DNA of 64,000 nt from Terriglobia bacterium (GTDB taxonomy: Bacteria > Acidobacteriota > Terriglobia > Versatilivoradales > Versatilivoraceae): contig OZ244053.1 in NCBI GenBank assembly GCA_965215235.1, positions 2,471,192 through 2,535,191 of the forward strand, written 5' to 3'. Shown here piece by piece: positions 20,217 to 31,712 of the stretch; positions within the stretch are counted from its first letter, which is position 1, and each line of letters starts with the position of its first letter. Under the pieces are notes generated by a model. It ran no database searches. It was not told the origin of the DNA and saw only the letters and a program-made list of their open reading frames with translations. Position numbers and translations under genes: made by a program.

Positions 20217-21109
20217 TCAAATCATAAAATAGATGATCGTCGCCATGCCGATGGCCACCACTCCCTCGATCCAGGCGGCTCCCAGGTTCTTGTCGACCGC
20301 AATCTCATGGGCAATGCTGTTTTGCGGCAGTAGCGCGTGATCGACGAGTTCACGCATCAGAAAGAGAACCACAAACCCGATGACCGTCAGGCTGACGTAT
20401 TCGGTGAGGCTGTTCCTGAAGGACTCGAAGTGGTGGGCTGTGGCCTTCAGCAATAGGATGCCCAGGGCGATCATGTTGCCTCCGAAAGCCACTCCTGCCG
20501 CTGCGTTGTCTTTCTCGATCTCAGCATGAATATCGTATTTCGTGATGAGCTGATAAAAGATGGAGAAGATCACCAACGTCACCTGACCCACAACGAAATA
20601 GCACGCGGCGGTGATGGCGCCGGTCCAGGGCCCCCGGCAAAGGCAGATTCAGGGGGAATGTCTCCATAGATTCCACCCGCCAGGATCAGAGCGGTGGCGA
20701 TATAGCCTCCACACATTACCGCTCCGGTCCCGACGTTTCTGTCCTCAACCAGTTCTTTGTAAATACTGAATTGGCGCAGCACCAGCTTGTCCAGGAGCTT
20801 TCTGCCCAGATTTAGCAAGAGAATACCGCCGAGGGCATAGGCAGCGTCTATCAACAGTTCGTGGATAAACCGGTCGAGGGCCGGAATGCCGCTGTCTGCT
20901 CCCGTGGCCGCCCCGAGGAAGATGATGATGACTCCAGCGTAATATCCGGTCAAACTCAGCCCGATGGCCGGGTTGTCCCGGGTTGTCAGCTCCCGGTCGA
21001 GAGAATAGGGCGTGAGCAGGTCGTTGACGAACTTCGCAATGATCAAAATGACCGCGCCGAGGACGACGTAGCACAGGCTGACTCCAAGATCGATCCAGTC
21101 CATAGTCAT
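20217..21109 (-). CDS. Tandem DUF350 membrane protein; apparent 1-bp deletion at about 20630
   Basis: Two halves each with four TM-like helices and a DUF350-like '...KYDIHAEIEKDNAAAG' pattern. Adding one base in 'GGGCCCCC' joins '...GGIYGDIPPESAFAGGPWTGAITAACYFVVGQVTLVIF...'. Confidence 0.65.
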
Positions 21110-22543
21110 TTGCCTCCGAAAGAGCGGCTTCCACCATAACGATAGGACCCGCCTCGGCCTCCGCTGCCGGCAGCTTGGTATCGAGATGATCGATACCCCC
21201 TGAGATTGCCGCCGCTCCGCTTGTAATAGGAGTTTCGATAGCCCCCGCTTCGCACATACTGAGAGGACCGATATCTGGAGAGGGTCGTCTGGCTATTGGT
21301 GCCGTAGCGGCGCTGGCCGGTCTCGGTTGTGCCGTAGTAAGTCCTTCCCGAAGTGTGGGATCGGCGATAGTCGTTGTAGTTGTTGGGATAGATGGGGTGG
21401 TAAGAGGGTCCCCAGAACAGGGAGCGCATGAACATATACTGGCCATAAAACACCCAGAAGGAACCCCCGTAGCTGTCCCTGCGCCATTGGCCGAACTGGT
21501 TGCTCTGTCCGGGGGGTGCAACGTAGGAATAGCCGGCCGGCTGAGCCAGGTCTTCCGCTTCTTCCTCATATTTCCCCGCCGGCTTGCGGGCTACCGACAT
21601 CCCCAGCTTGTCTTCCAGGACATCGTAGGTGGCTTTCGAAACCTGAACCCATGCCTCGCTTTCCGAGTGGGCGCCCTGTTTCTTTTGTGGGTCCTGGATT
21701 TGAACGGTTACCGTTTTGTACTTGTGGTGAAGGGTGAGCGCATCCCCTTCCTTGATTTCCATGTCGACTAAAATCTTATCCCAGGAGACGTAGAGTTGAT
21801 CCACGCGCTGGCCCAGCTCGCTGTCGAGCCGCGCCAGTTGCAGCCCGTCGGCTTGCAGCGTCTGGTGGGTATCCAAAATCAGAAGGACATCGGCATTGGC
21901 TGCGGCGATGGCTCCGGAGCGTTCTTTCCAAAGAGCCTTTGACCGGGCCTTGACTTCAGCCACTCGTTCGATGGCCTGACTCAAGTCGGCCTTTTTTTCG
22001 GGCCAGTCAATCATGGCTCTCTGAGCGCGGGAGACACTGGCGGCGGGATAGGCGGAGATATCTTGATAGCTCGCTTGCGCCTCTCGGACGTATTGGCTCC
22101 GATTCTTATCGATCTCGCTGATGGTCTTGGCCAGATCCGAAATCTCTGTGGCGTCCTGCAAGGCCCTGGGTCCGCTTTTGGTTCACTTGGCCGATCCGGC
22201 TTTCGATCTCCACCCGCAGTTCATTGTCGTTCTGACCGGCCAGTTCCTTGGCTTGGTCCAGTTCCCGGGAAGCCGACTCCATTTCCTGGTCTGAACGGGC
22301 AAGCCGGGCAAGCCACTGCTCGCGCTTGGACTGGAAGAGTGCCGGGTTGGAGTCGATCGAAGATCGCACGCCCTGGACCCGTTTTCGGTAATTGGCCAGC
22401 GAAGAACTCAACAACTGCTCAGCCGTCTCCAGATTGGCTCGGGTCTGTGGGTTCAAACCCCCGATCGAGATGGAGATGATCCCCACTAAAAGCGCCAGAA
22501 CAACCACTCCGGCCGAGGCGTAGAGCAATGACTTTTTGTCCAT
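21106..22543 (-). CDS. Membrane-anchored coiled-coil protein with C-terminal Y/G/R/S-rich low-complexity tail; apparent G-insertion frameshift at about 22164
   Basis: N-terminal TM helix 'LLYASAGVVVLALLVGIISISIGG'. Long heptad-like Q/E/R/L-rich middle. Tail '...GYRNSYYKRSGGNLRGYRSSRYQAAGSGGRGGSYRYGGSRSFGGK'. Removing one G from 'CAGGGCC' fuses ORFs 22106-22543 and 21106-22161. Has a 4-nt overlap with the DUF350 gene. Confidence 0.6.
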
Positions 22544-22552
22544 GGTGTCCTC

Positions 22553-23002
22553 CTACTGAACCACCGTCACTGACCGGCTCAATACGGCGGTGGACTCCTG
22601 GGAATAGTAGTGCAGGGAACGGACTTCCAACCCCTGTTGTAGAGGATCGACTCCTACCCGGGTCATCGGCGGAGCATGATCGGCTTTGGCCCGCGCAAAC
22701 TCCGAAGTGACTTGGACCTTATAGCGGGCAAGCTGCAATCGCGCCTGCTCCAGTCGCTCGAGTCCCGCGGCATCCCCGGTTTCGATTCGTCTGATTTCGA
22801 ACTCGAAGCGGAGGTCGTGGTCCCGGTACTTGAAGGGCTGCTTGCCGGTAAAGTCCGGCCCGAGGGAGAAAACCGGATCGATCTCACTGCGGGTGGCGCA
22901 AGAGAGCAACTCCGACCAGCGGCCACACTGGATGAGGTGACTGGCGCCGATCACGTGAACCTTGAAGTCGAGCTTGAGATGGCGAAGGGTGGCCGAGGAC
23001 AC
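22553..23002 (-). CDS. Hypothetical protein (149 aa) within the pspA-DUF350-speE operon
   Basis: ORF with a 9-nt gap to the next gene, same strand. No recognised family. Confidence 0.4.
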   Translation of the reverse strand: MSSATLRHLKLDFKVHVIGASHLIQCGRWSELLSCATRSEIDPVFSLGPDFTGKQPFKYRDHDLRFEFEIRRIETGDAAGLERLEQARLQLARYKVQVTSEFARAKADHAPPMTRVGVDPLQQGLEVRSLHYYSQESTAVLSRSVTVVQ

Positions 23003-23091
23003 GACAGTAAACGGGGATAAACTGATGGCTTCCCGAAACAGACAGAGCCGCAGGTTTTGGTGTGACGTGTCTTGATATTGTATGGTGAACC

Positions 23092-23706
23092 CTAGGCTCG
23101 AAATACTCTGACCCGGCCGGGGCTGATCTTTTCCGAGATGCCCACCTCGAACGGGTCGCCCTCATACTTCTCAATGAAGAGCTGCAGGTCGTCGCTCTCG
23201 AATTTCCAGAAGTAGAAACCCTCGCCCTCCGGACCATCATCCTTGAAATAACCTGCCTCGGCGCTTTCCCGGTAATACCATCGTTTTCCCTGAAAATCCA
23301 CGAAGCGGGACCGCGATCGCTCCTCATCCATCCGGGCCAGATCGTCCTCGCTGACGCCGATTTCTTCGAGGTGCAGATCACTCTTCCTCTGAATGCTGAT
23401 TTCCAACTCGTCGTCTTCGGACCACTCCACAAAAATTCTCTTGCCGCCCCAGAGACCGCTCAACTCGTACCAGTGATCGTCGCCGGACTCGTAGCGGTTC
23501 AGCCGATCGACGGTAAAGGAAATGTCTTCGTAGGTTTCGCTGGCGCCGGAGAGGATCAGGTTGTCCCCTCGACCCGCATCTTTGATGGTGAGGTTGGCCA
23601 GATCAGCCCTTTGCGGCAGCGCCTTTGCCTTGCCCTTCTTGCGCATCGCCATATAGAAGAGATAACCGGCCAAGCCCAGCAGGATCAGGATGAGGACGGT
23701 CTTCAT
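23092..23706 (-). CDS. N-terminally TM-anchored protein (DUF4178-like, tentative)
   Basis: 'MKTVLILILLGLAGYLFYMAMRKK' TM anchor plus about 180 aa acidic soluble domain. The DUF4178 assignment is tentative, based on position within the PspA/DUF350/SpeE-type neighbourhood. Confidence 0.45.
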   Translation of the reverse strand: MKTVLILILLGLAGYLFYMAMRKKGKAKALPQRADLANLTIKDAGRGDNLILSGASETYEDISFTVDRLNRYESGDDHWYELSGLWGGKRIFVEWSEDDELEISIQRKSDLHLEEIGVSEDDLARMDEERSRSRFVDFQGKRWYYRESAEAGYFKDDGPEGEGFYFWKFESDDLQLFIEKYEGDPFEVGISEKISPGRVRVFRA

Positions 23707-23732
23707 GATGGTGAGGCGCTGTTCCGCATGGC

Positions 23733-24428
23733 CTATGGAGATTTGGAGGTATTCAACTCGGCCTTCAGCTTGGCCAGTTCCGTGTCGGTGGTGGACACGT
23801 CCAACGCCGCGAACTCTTTGTCCAAATCCGGGTCGGCGCCGGCCGACATATTCTCATAAGCCTTGGCGGTAGCTTCTTCTCGGTTGACGGCTTCCTCGAA
23901 GCGCGAGATGGAAGCAAAGGCATTGTCGTCGTTTCCCAGACCGGTCATCACTTGGGCCATCTTCTTCTGGGCGTTGGCTGCGTTTTTCCTGGCGATCAGG
24001 GTGCTGGCTTTGCGCTTCGACTCGTCGATTTTTCGCCGGAGCTGTTCCACCTGGTTCTTGAGCTTGTCCCGAGCCGCTGCGCCTTGCTCCACCGCCGCCT
24101 TGAGAGACGCCGCCTGCCCGTCGCATTCACCCTTCTTGGCCAAGGCCTTCCGCGCCAGATCCTCGTTGCCTGCCAGAAGGGCCTTTCTTGCTTTTCCTTC
24201 CCAATCCTTGGACTGTTCAAGGAACTTGCTGTACTCGGCTTCGAGACGATTGCAGTTGCTCATGGCATCGGCGGCCGATCGGATCACCTTGTGAAGCTGA
24301 TCCTCCATATCCCGAATACTTTGCCGCAGGGTCGACTCGAAGGTTGCATCCTCCAATTTGTCAACGCCTTCATTGAGTTTGCCTTTGCTCACTCGAAACA
24401 ATCTGTCCAGAATCCCCATCGTATTCAC
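23733..24428 (-). CDS. pspA: PspA/IM30 family protein (phage shock protein A-like)
   Basis: 'MGILDRLFRVSKGKLNEGVDKLED...' N-terminus and all-coiled-coil 231 aa sequence typical of PspA/Vipp1. Confidence 0.85.
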   Translation of the reverse strand: MNTMGILDRLFRVSKGKLNEGVDKLEDATFESTLRQSIRDMEDQLHKVIRSAADAMSNCNRLEAEYSKFLEQSKDWEGKARKALLAGNEDLARKALAKKGECDGQAASLKAAVEQGAAARDKLKNQVEQLRRKIDESKRKASTLIARKNAANAQKKMAQVMTGLGNDDNAFASISRFEEAVNREEATAKAYENMSAGADPDLDKEFAALDVSTTDTELAKLKAELNTSKSP

Positions 24429-24499
24429 TCCTTAAATTGGTGAAACCCTTCCCAGAAACAAGCGGATAGCGCAGACGGTATCTCCTCGGCCTCTGATCC

Positions 24500-24913
24500 T
24501 CAGGCGCCCCGAGTCTCTTTCAAGAAGTCCCTGGCCTCGCAAGCATCCCCGATCAAAAAACTGATGCAGGACAAGATGTCGTCCCGATCGTCCTCGCCCA
24601 AGCTCTGCAGCTTGGAAAAGTTGTTCAGGGTAATGGCGGTCTTGCCGTTTCCCAAGTCGTAAAGCTGAAAGCTGGAGGTGGAGATGCCATTCTGTGCATC
24701 CAGCATCTTGGACATCAAGGTTCCCGTGACCGATTGCGAGTCGACCACCATGCAGGAAACCGTATTGAACAGAATGTCCTGCTCCAGCACGCAGGAGACT
24801 GAGATCCCACTTTCAAGGTCTCTGAGCTGCAGGGTGTCGCCTTCCAGTTTCACAATCTCGTAACCCGCACCGGCAACGATTTCCTCAACCACGTCGATCG
24901 ACGGACTCTCCAT
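24500..24913 (-). CDS. YbjN/DUF2170-like small acidic protein (first gene of the psp-like operon)
   Basis: Start at 'MESPSIDVVEEIVAGAGYEIVKLEGDTLQLRD...' (ATG 24913). Composition and size resemble YjfI/YbjN-type proteins. This is a weak family call; the longer ORF to 25072 has an implausible N-terminus. Confidence 0.4.
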   Translation of the reverse strand: MESPSIDVVEEIVAGAGYEIVKLEGDTLQLRDLESGISVSCVLEQDILFNTVSCMVVDSQSVTGTLMSKMLDAQNGISTSSFQLYDLGNGKTAITLNNFSKLQSLGEDDRDDILSCISFLIGDACEARDFLKETRGA

Positions 24914-25554
24914 TCCGAAACCTCCATGACGAACGATCCCAACCAAAATCGTAATTGCCGTATTATTGCAGCAATAGCCGGGATTATCAATGCCGGCAGG
25001 ATCTTTTGTGCGAGGTCGAAAGCCTGCTCTCATTCGGACAGATACCGGACACCTGTCAGGGGCGTGCAGCAATCGAGATTAGGACGATAGGCTGGTTCCA
25101 CCGGGAGAATCGGTAGAGAGATCATCCACGACTTGCGGCCCAGCTTCGCCAGCGGCGGGTGGCTGGTCGGCCAGGGTCTGCCGATGATCGGCAAGTTGCT
25201 GGCCACAACCAGGCGCATAAGATGGCCGCTATGCCCCTCTCGCCAATGATCCCCTCAAAGCCGCCGCCAACGGCGTCGCAAGCCGGATAGCCGAGGTGGC
25301 GGAATGGTTTCTGATCACGACGCCGGTCAGAACTTCTCGTCGGCGGTGCATTCCGTCGATGGATTTTCTTCGCGCCCCTGTGGTAATCGCATATTATGAG
25401 CATAATCGGGGTAATGATGTTCGAGTGGAGCAAGGCTGAAAACCAGGCGGACATCCACACGCCCAGACGATGAACCGGACGATGCAGAAGACAAGCCGGA
25501 CTGGAATCGAGCGGCTTTCGCCGGCAGCCTGAAATTCAACCGGAAGGAAGGTGC

Positions 25555-27600
<2,046 letters not shown>

Positions 27601-27676
27601 AGAACAAGACGACAGCTTGAAACTTCAACTGGCTAGACTTATAATCTAGCCAAATTCATCCTGGGTGGAGGCGAGT

Positions 27677-27931
27677 ATGACCGATTGGCCGTTGCAAGAT
27701 GCCAAGAACCGTTTCAGCGCCGTTGTGGATGCCGCTCTCGCCGGGAGCCCGCAGCGGGTGACTCGACGGGGCAAACCCGCCGTGGTCATTCTGGCGGTGG
27801 ATGAGTACGAGCGTCTGCGCAATGCAAAGAGGGCGAACGCGCCGACACTTGCGGATTTGCTCCTCTCCATCCCCCAAGACGACAAAGAGTTCGAACGGCT
27901 TCGACTTCCGACCAGACGGGCCGATTTCTGA
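27677..27931 (+). CDS. vapB: Phd/YefM-family antitoxin
   Basis: 'MTDWPLQDAKNRFSAVVDAALAGSPQRVTRRGKPAVVILAVDEYERL' with GGAGG 7 nt upstream. Stop overlaps the vapC start. Confidence 0.75.
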   Translation: MTDWPLQDAKNRFSAVVDAALAGSPQRVTRRGKPAVVILAVDEYERLRNAKRANAPTLADLLLSIPQDDKEFERLRLPTRRADF

Positions 27932-28344
27932 TGTTTCTGATCGATACCGACGTACTATCGGCGCTCCGGAGGCGGAAGCGCAACCCCGATGTCGTCCGAT
28001 GGATGGAAGCTCAACGTACGTCGGACCTGTACATCAGCGTGGTGACCGTTGGCGAGATAGAGCGTGGAGTCGCACGGCAGCAGAGCCGCGACCGGACGTT
28101 CGCGCTGACGCTGGCCGCTTGGCTGGACGGTGTGCTGTCGCTGTACGGTGACCGCGTTCTCGGCGTTGACGTCTCCACGGCGCGCCGCTGGGGCCAACTG
28201 TCCGGCTCGCTTGGACACGAAAGCGCAGACTTGCTGATCGCCGCCACGGCGCTCGAACACGGTTTGACCCTGGTGACCCGGAATGTCGGGCGCTTCGAGC
28301 CGACGGGCGTCCCTGTGCTCAACCCGTTCACTGTTGAAGTATGA
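27931..28344 (+). CDS. vapC: VapC PIN-domain toxin
   Basis: 'MFLIDTDVLSALRR...' PIN domain with conserved D residues, 137 aa. Confidence 0.8.
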   Translation: MFLIDTDVLSALRRRKRNPDVVRWMEAQRTSDLYISVVTVGEIERGVARQQSRDRTFALTLAAWLDGVLSLYGDRVLGVDVSTARRWGQLSGSLGHESADLLIAATALEHGLTLVTRNVGRFEPTGVPVLNPFTVEV

Positions 28345-28382
28345 TTCACGATGCCTCAAATCGGCCGTTGGGAGGACGCACG

Positions 28383-28694
28383 ATGATCCCGGCAGTTGCC
28401 GAGCACGCCGCTGAACTGGAGTCGATCTGCCAACGCTACAGCGTGGCGCGGCTTGACCTGTTCGGCTCGGCGGCCACCGGCAAGTATCGACCGGAGGACA
28501 GCGACCTGGACTTTCTGGTGGAGTTCCAGGAGTTGCCCGCCGGAGGCCACGCAAGCGTCTATTTTGGCTTGCTGAAGTCCCTGGAGCGGCTCTTCTTTGG
28601 GCGGCCCGTGGACCTGGTGGTGGAATCGGCCATCAAGAACCCCTATTTCCGGGAATCGGTTGAAGAAACCAGGGTGATGATTTATGCGGCGTGA
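28383..28694 (+). CDS. MNT-type nucleotidyltransferase antitoxin (HepT/MNT module)
   Basis: 'LDLFGSAATGKYRPEDSDLDFLVEF' minimal nucleotidyltransferase motif (GS...D.D). GGGAGG upstream of ATG 28383. Confidence 0.7.
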   Translation: MIPAVAEHAAELESICQRYSVARLDLFGSAATGKYRPEDSDLDFLVEFQELPAGGHASVYFGLLKSLERLFFGRPVDLVVESAIKNPYFRESVEETRVMIYAA

Positions 28695-28965
28695 AGCCGG
28701 AAAATACCTATGGGACATACAGCGCGCCATCGGTTTGATCCAGGACTTTACCGATGGCAAGACCTTTGCCGACTACCAGTCCGACGTCATGATGCGCTCT
28801 GCTGTAGAACGGCAGTTTGAAATCATCGGTGAGGCCATGACCCAACTGGCAAAACTTGCCCCGGCCCTCGCCTCCCGGATAAGCGAATGTGAGCGGATTA
28901 TCGCTTTCCGCAACGTCCTGATTCACGTCTACGCTGATGTGGATGACATACGGTATGGGATGTAG
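28684..28965 (+). CDS. HepT (DUF86) toxin
   Basis: 'RNVLIHVY' R(x4)HxY motif. Overlaps the MNT gene by 11 nt. Confidence 0.7.
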   Translation: MRREAGKYLWDIQRAIGLIQDFTDGKTFADYQSDVMMRSAVERQFEIIGEAMTQLAKLAPALASRISECERIIAFRNVLIHVYADVDDIRYGM

Positions 28966-29020
28966 TGGAGAACAATCCGCCAACCCTCAGCCGCGAGATT
29001 GACGCCCTTCTGGAGGAAGA

Positions 29021-29266
29021 ATGACCGTCCAAGAACTTACCCGGTTGCTGGCAACCTATCCACCCGGCTTGCGCGTGGTCGTGAGCGGCTATGAAGAGGG
29101 CTACGACGACCTGTCGCCAGAACAGATATCGGTGGTGAAGATTTGCCTGAACACCGGGACCGAGTCCTGGGTGGGACAGCACGAAGAGCCAAACCTTCTG
29201 ACGGGAGGACTGCCCGACGACGCTGAGATCGTCGAGGCACTAAGTTTACGGCGAGTCTCTAATTGA
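29021..29266 (+). CDS. Hypothetical small protein (81 aa)
   Basis: ORF with GGAGGAAGAATG start context. No family recognised. Confidence 0.35.
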   Translation: MTVQELTRLLATYPPGLRVVVSGYEEGYDDLSPEQISVVKICLNTGTESWVGQHEEPNLLTGGLPDDAEIVEALSLRRVSN

Positions 29267-29270
29267 TGAA

Positions 29271-29379
29271 GATGACCCTCCTCACTGCCCAGTGGCGGGA
29301 GCAGCAGACAGAAGCCGTGAGGCTCAGTGCCGCCATTGCGGTCAATCTTAAGAGCCTTACCTTTGGAAAGCTCTGTTGA
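29271..29379 (+). pseudogene. Duplicated, diverged hsdM 3'-end remnant ('[37 protein letters not shown]')
   Basis: Aligns with the real hsdM C-terminus at 27496-27600 ('[34 protein letters not shown]'). The 20-nt 'CCCAGTGGCGGGAGCAGCAG' is identical. Confidence 0.65.
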
Positions 29380-29388
29380 GGACTACGC

Positions 29389-30396
29389 ATGAGCTCGGAA
29401 TTTCAAAAGCGGTTGACCCTCTTAAATGCCGATTACGAGCGTGTCGCTGGTTCTCCCTGTCGCCGTTTCTTTTGTCCAATTCTTTACAGGGACGAGGACA
29501 CTGAACTATGCCGCGCCCACGTGATCAATAGGTCATTCCGGAACTCTGACCGCTCGTGGACCATCCAACGGGCCGATGTCGATGCCTACTACGGCAGCCT
29601 GTTCGAAGCGGAGTTCCTGGCCATGCAGGAAAAAGACCGTCACCAAGCGGATGAAGCTCTGGCTGACAAAGACCTTGTTCGACAGCTAAAGCCGAAGATC
29701 GTCTTGGACGGTGAAGAAGTAGATTACTATTTCCCCCAAGGCCACGTGCCACCGGAGCATTCGGAGGCGACGTTATTCGCCTCAGGAAAAACTGCTCGAT
29801 TGGCACTTAAGCTACCACCAGCCGATATGCTGACCGTTCCAGATGGGAAATTAGAGATTCACATTGATAGGAATCTCCAACTCCCAGCGCTGGCATCACT
29901 TCTCAAGGTCGCGCACCTAACCCTGTTTCATCTGCTTGGATACCGATATGCGCTGTCGGCTAGTGGGCACTTTCTTGGCAAGACCGTGTTAGGTGATTTC
30001 TTTCTAAAGACTCAGAGCATGGGTCGGGCCTCTGTTCTTGTTCAGGCTGAGAGTCACTTTCAAGAATTCACCAACATGGTCCGTCCAATTCTCTCAATGT
30101 CGCCGTATTCTCAGGGCACTTTGACAGATCATTTTCTCTACCTCTGCATGAGAGGAAGTCAACCTTGGGCTCTTCAAGTCCTGATCCGAACCGCTGACCA
30201 CTTGTACGCTGTGATGGTACCCATCATAGACGAGAGCGAAGCGGCCGTTCGGTTTGTCGATTTCCTTAAATCGTCCTCCTCAGAGATTGAGATGAAGCTT
30301 GCTCGATGGAAAGGAGATGCTTGGGAGGTTTCTCCGAAATCGGAGATGCACGTTTGGCCGGAAGCGCTGTTCGATGCTGAATTGCCGACAACCTAA
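29389..30396 (+). CDS. Hypothetical protein (335 aa) embedded between hsdM and hsdS; N-terminal Cys/His cluster 'CRRFFCPILYRDEDTELCRAHVINRS'
   Basis: Strong ORF, lower GC than surroundings, start context 'GAGGACTACGCATG'. No recognised domain beyond a weak HNH-like C...C...C..H spacing. Confidence 0.6.
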   Translation: MSSEFQKRLTLLNADYERVAGSPCRRFFCPILYRDEDTELCRAHVINRSFRNSDRSWTIQRADVDAYYGSLFEAEFLAMQEKDRHQADEALADKDLVRQLKPKIVLDGEEVDYYFPQGHVPPEHSEATLFASGKTARLALKLPPADMLTVPDGKLEIHIDRNLQLPALASLLKVAHLTLFHLLGYRYALSASGHFLGKTVLGDFFLKTQSMGRASVLVQAESHFQEFTNMVRPILSMSPYSQGTLTDHFLYLCMRGSQPWALQVLIRTADHLYAVMVPIIDESEAAVRFVDFLKSSSSEIEMKLARWKGDAWEVSPKSEMHVWPEALFDAELPTT

Positions 30397-30407
30397 GGAG
30401 CTCGGGT

Positions 30408-31709
30408 ATGACGGGTGAGTGGCGCAAGGTGACGCTGGGCAGTGTGATTGACCTTAAACTCAGCAGTGTGGACAAGAAGTCGAAAGAAAGTGAGCGCTCT
30501 GTCCGTCTTTGCAACTACACGGATGTGTACAACAACAACTTTATTCATGGTGCCCTCGACTTCATGGCGGCAACCGCGACTGAGCGAGAGATCGCAAATT
30601 GCACACTGAAGGCTGGAGATGTTGTCATTACGAAAGATTCCGAAAAACATGACGACATCGGTGTTCCTGCACTGGTCCGAGAAGACATATCCAATCTGGT
30701 GTGTGGCTATCACTTGGCAATTCTTCGACCCTCCTCATCAGAAATTGACGGGGCCTATTTGTTTTACGCGCTGAGTGCGAGGGCAATGCAAGAACAGTTC
30801 CATTCATATGCAAACGGTGTTACTCGATTTGGATTGCGGAAGGCTGACATCGGTCTCGTTGAAGTCCCCCTTCCTCCCCTCCCCGAACAGCGTGCCATCG
30901 CCCACATCCTCGGTACGCTGGACGACAAGATCGAACTGAACCGGCGGATGAACGAGACGCTGGAAGAGATGGCGCGGGCGTTGTTCAAGTCCTGGTTCGT
31001 GGACTTCGATCCCGTCCGAGCCAAGATGGAGGGCCGCGACACGGGCCTGCCGCCGGACATCGCCGCCCTCTTCCCCGACCGCCTCGTGGACTCGGAACTG
31101 GGGGACATCCCGGAGGGGTGGGAGGTGAAGGCGCTACCTGAGACGATTGAAATCAACCCAGCACGGTCGCTACAAAAGGGTGAGGTTGCCCCATATCTCG
31201 ACATGGCGAATATGCCAACGAAGGGTCATACCCCCAATGCAGTGACTGCACGGCCCTTTGGCTCGGGTATGCGTTTTATCAACGGAGATACGCTTGTTGC
31301 ACGTATAACGCCGTGTCTTGAGAACGGCAAGACAGCCTACGTCGACTTCCTACAGGATGGCGAGGTCGGATGGGGGTCAACCGAGTATATCGTCATGAGA
31401 CCCAAACCTCCGCTCCCTGATGAGTTCGCATACTGTCTTGCGCGTAGTGTTGATTTCCGCGAGTTTGCAGTTCAGAACATGACCGGGACGAGCGGGCGGC
31501 AACGTGTCCCTGCCACCGCCATGTCAAACTACCAACTACCGCTTCCCGGTGGATTTGAGATCACGGAAGTATTTGGAGAGCTAGTTGAGCCTCTTTTTTC
31601 GCTTGCTTCTCAGAAAGCAGAGGAATCCCGTACCCTCGCCGCGTTGCGGGATACACTGCTGCCGAAGCTGGTGTCGGGGGAGTTATGGGTCGGGGATGTG
31701 AATAGTTAA
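30408..31709 (+). CDS. hsdS: Type I restriction-modification specificity subunit HsdS (two target recognition domains)
   Basis: Conserved central and C-terminal coiled-coil 'LPPLPEQRAIAHILGTLDDKIELNRRMNETLEEMARALFKSWFVDFDP' and '...LRDTLLPKLVSGEL'. Two variable TRDs. Confidence 0.85.
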   Translation: MTGEWRKVTLGSVIDLKLSSVDKKSKESERSVRLCNYTDVYNNNFIHGALDFMAATATEREIANCTLKAGDVVITKDSEKHDDIGVPALVREDISNLVCGYHLAILRPSSSEIDGAYLFYALSARAMQEQFHSYANGVTRFGLRKADIGLVEVPLPPLPEQRAIAHILGTLDDKIELNRRMNETLEEMARALFKSWFVDFDPVRAKMEGRDTGLPPDIAALFPDRLVDSELGDIPEGWEVKALPETIEINPARSLQKGEVAPYLDMANMPTKGHTPNAVTARPFGSGMRFINGDTLVARITPCLENGKTAYVDFLQDGEVGWGSTEYIVMRPKPPLPDEFAYCLARSVDFREFAVQNMTGTSGRQRVPATAMSNYQLPLPGGFEITEVFGELVEPLFSLASQKAEESRTLAALRDTLLPKLVSGELWVGDVNS

Positions 31710-31712
31710 CCA

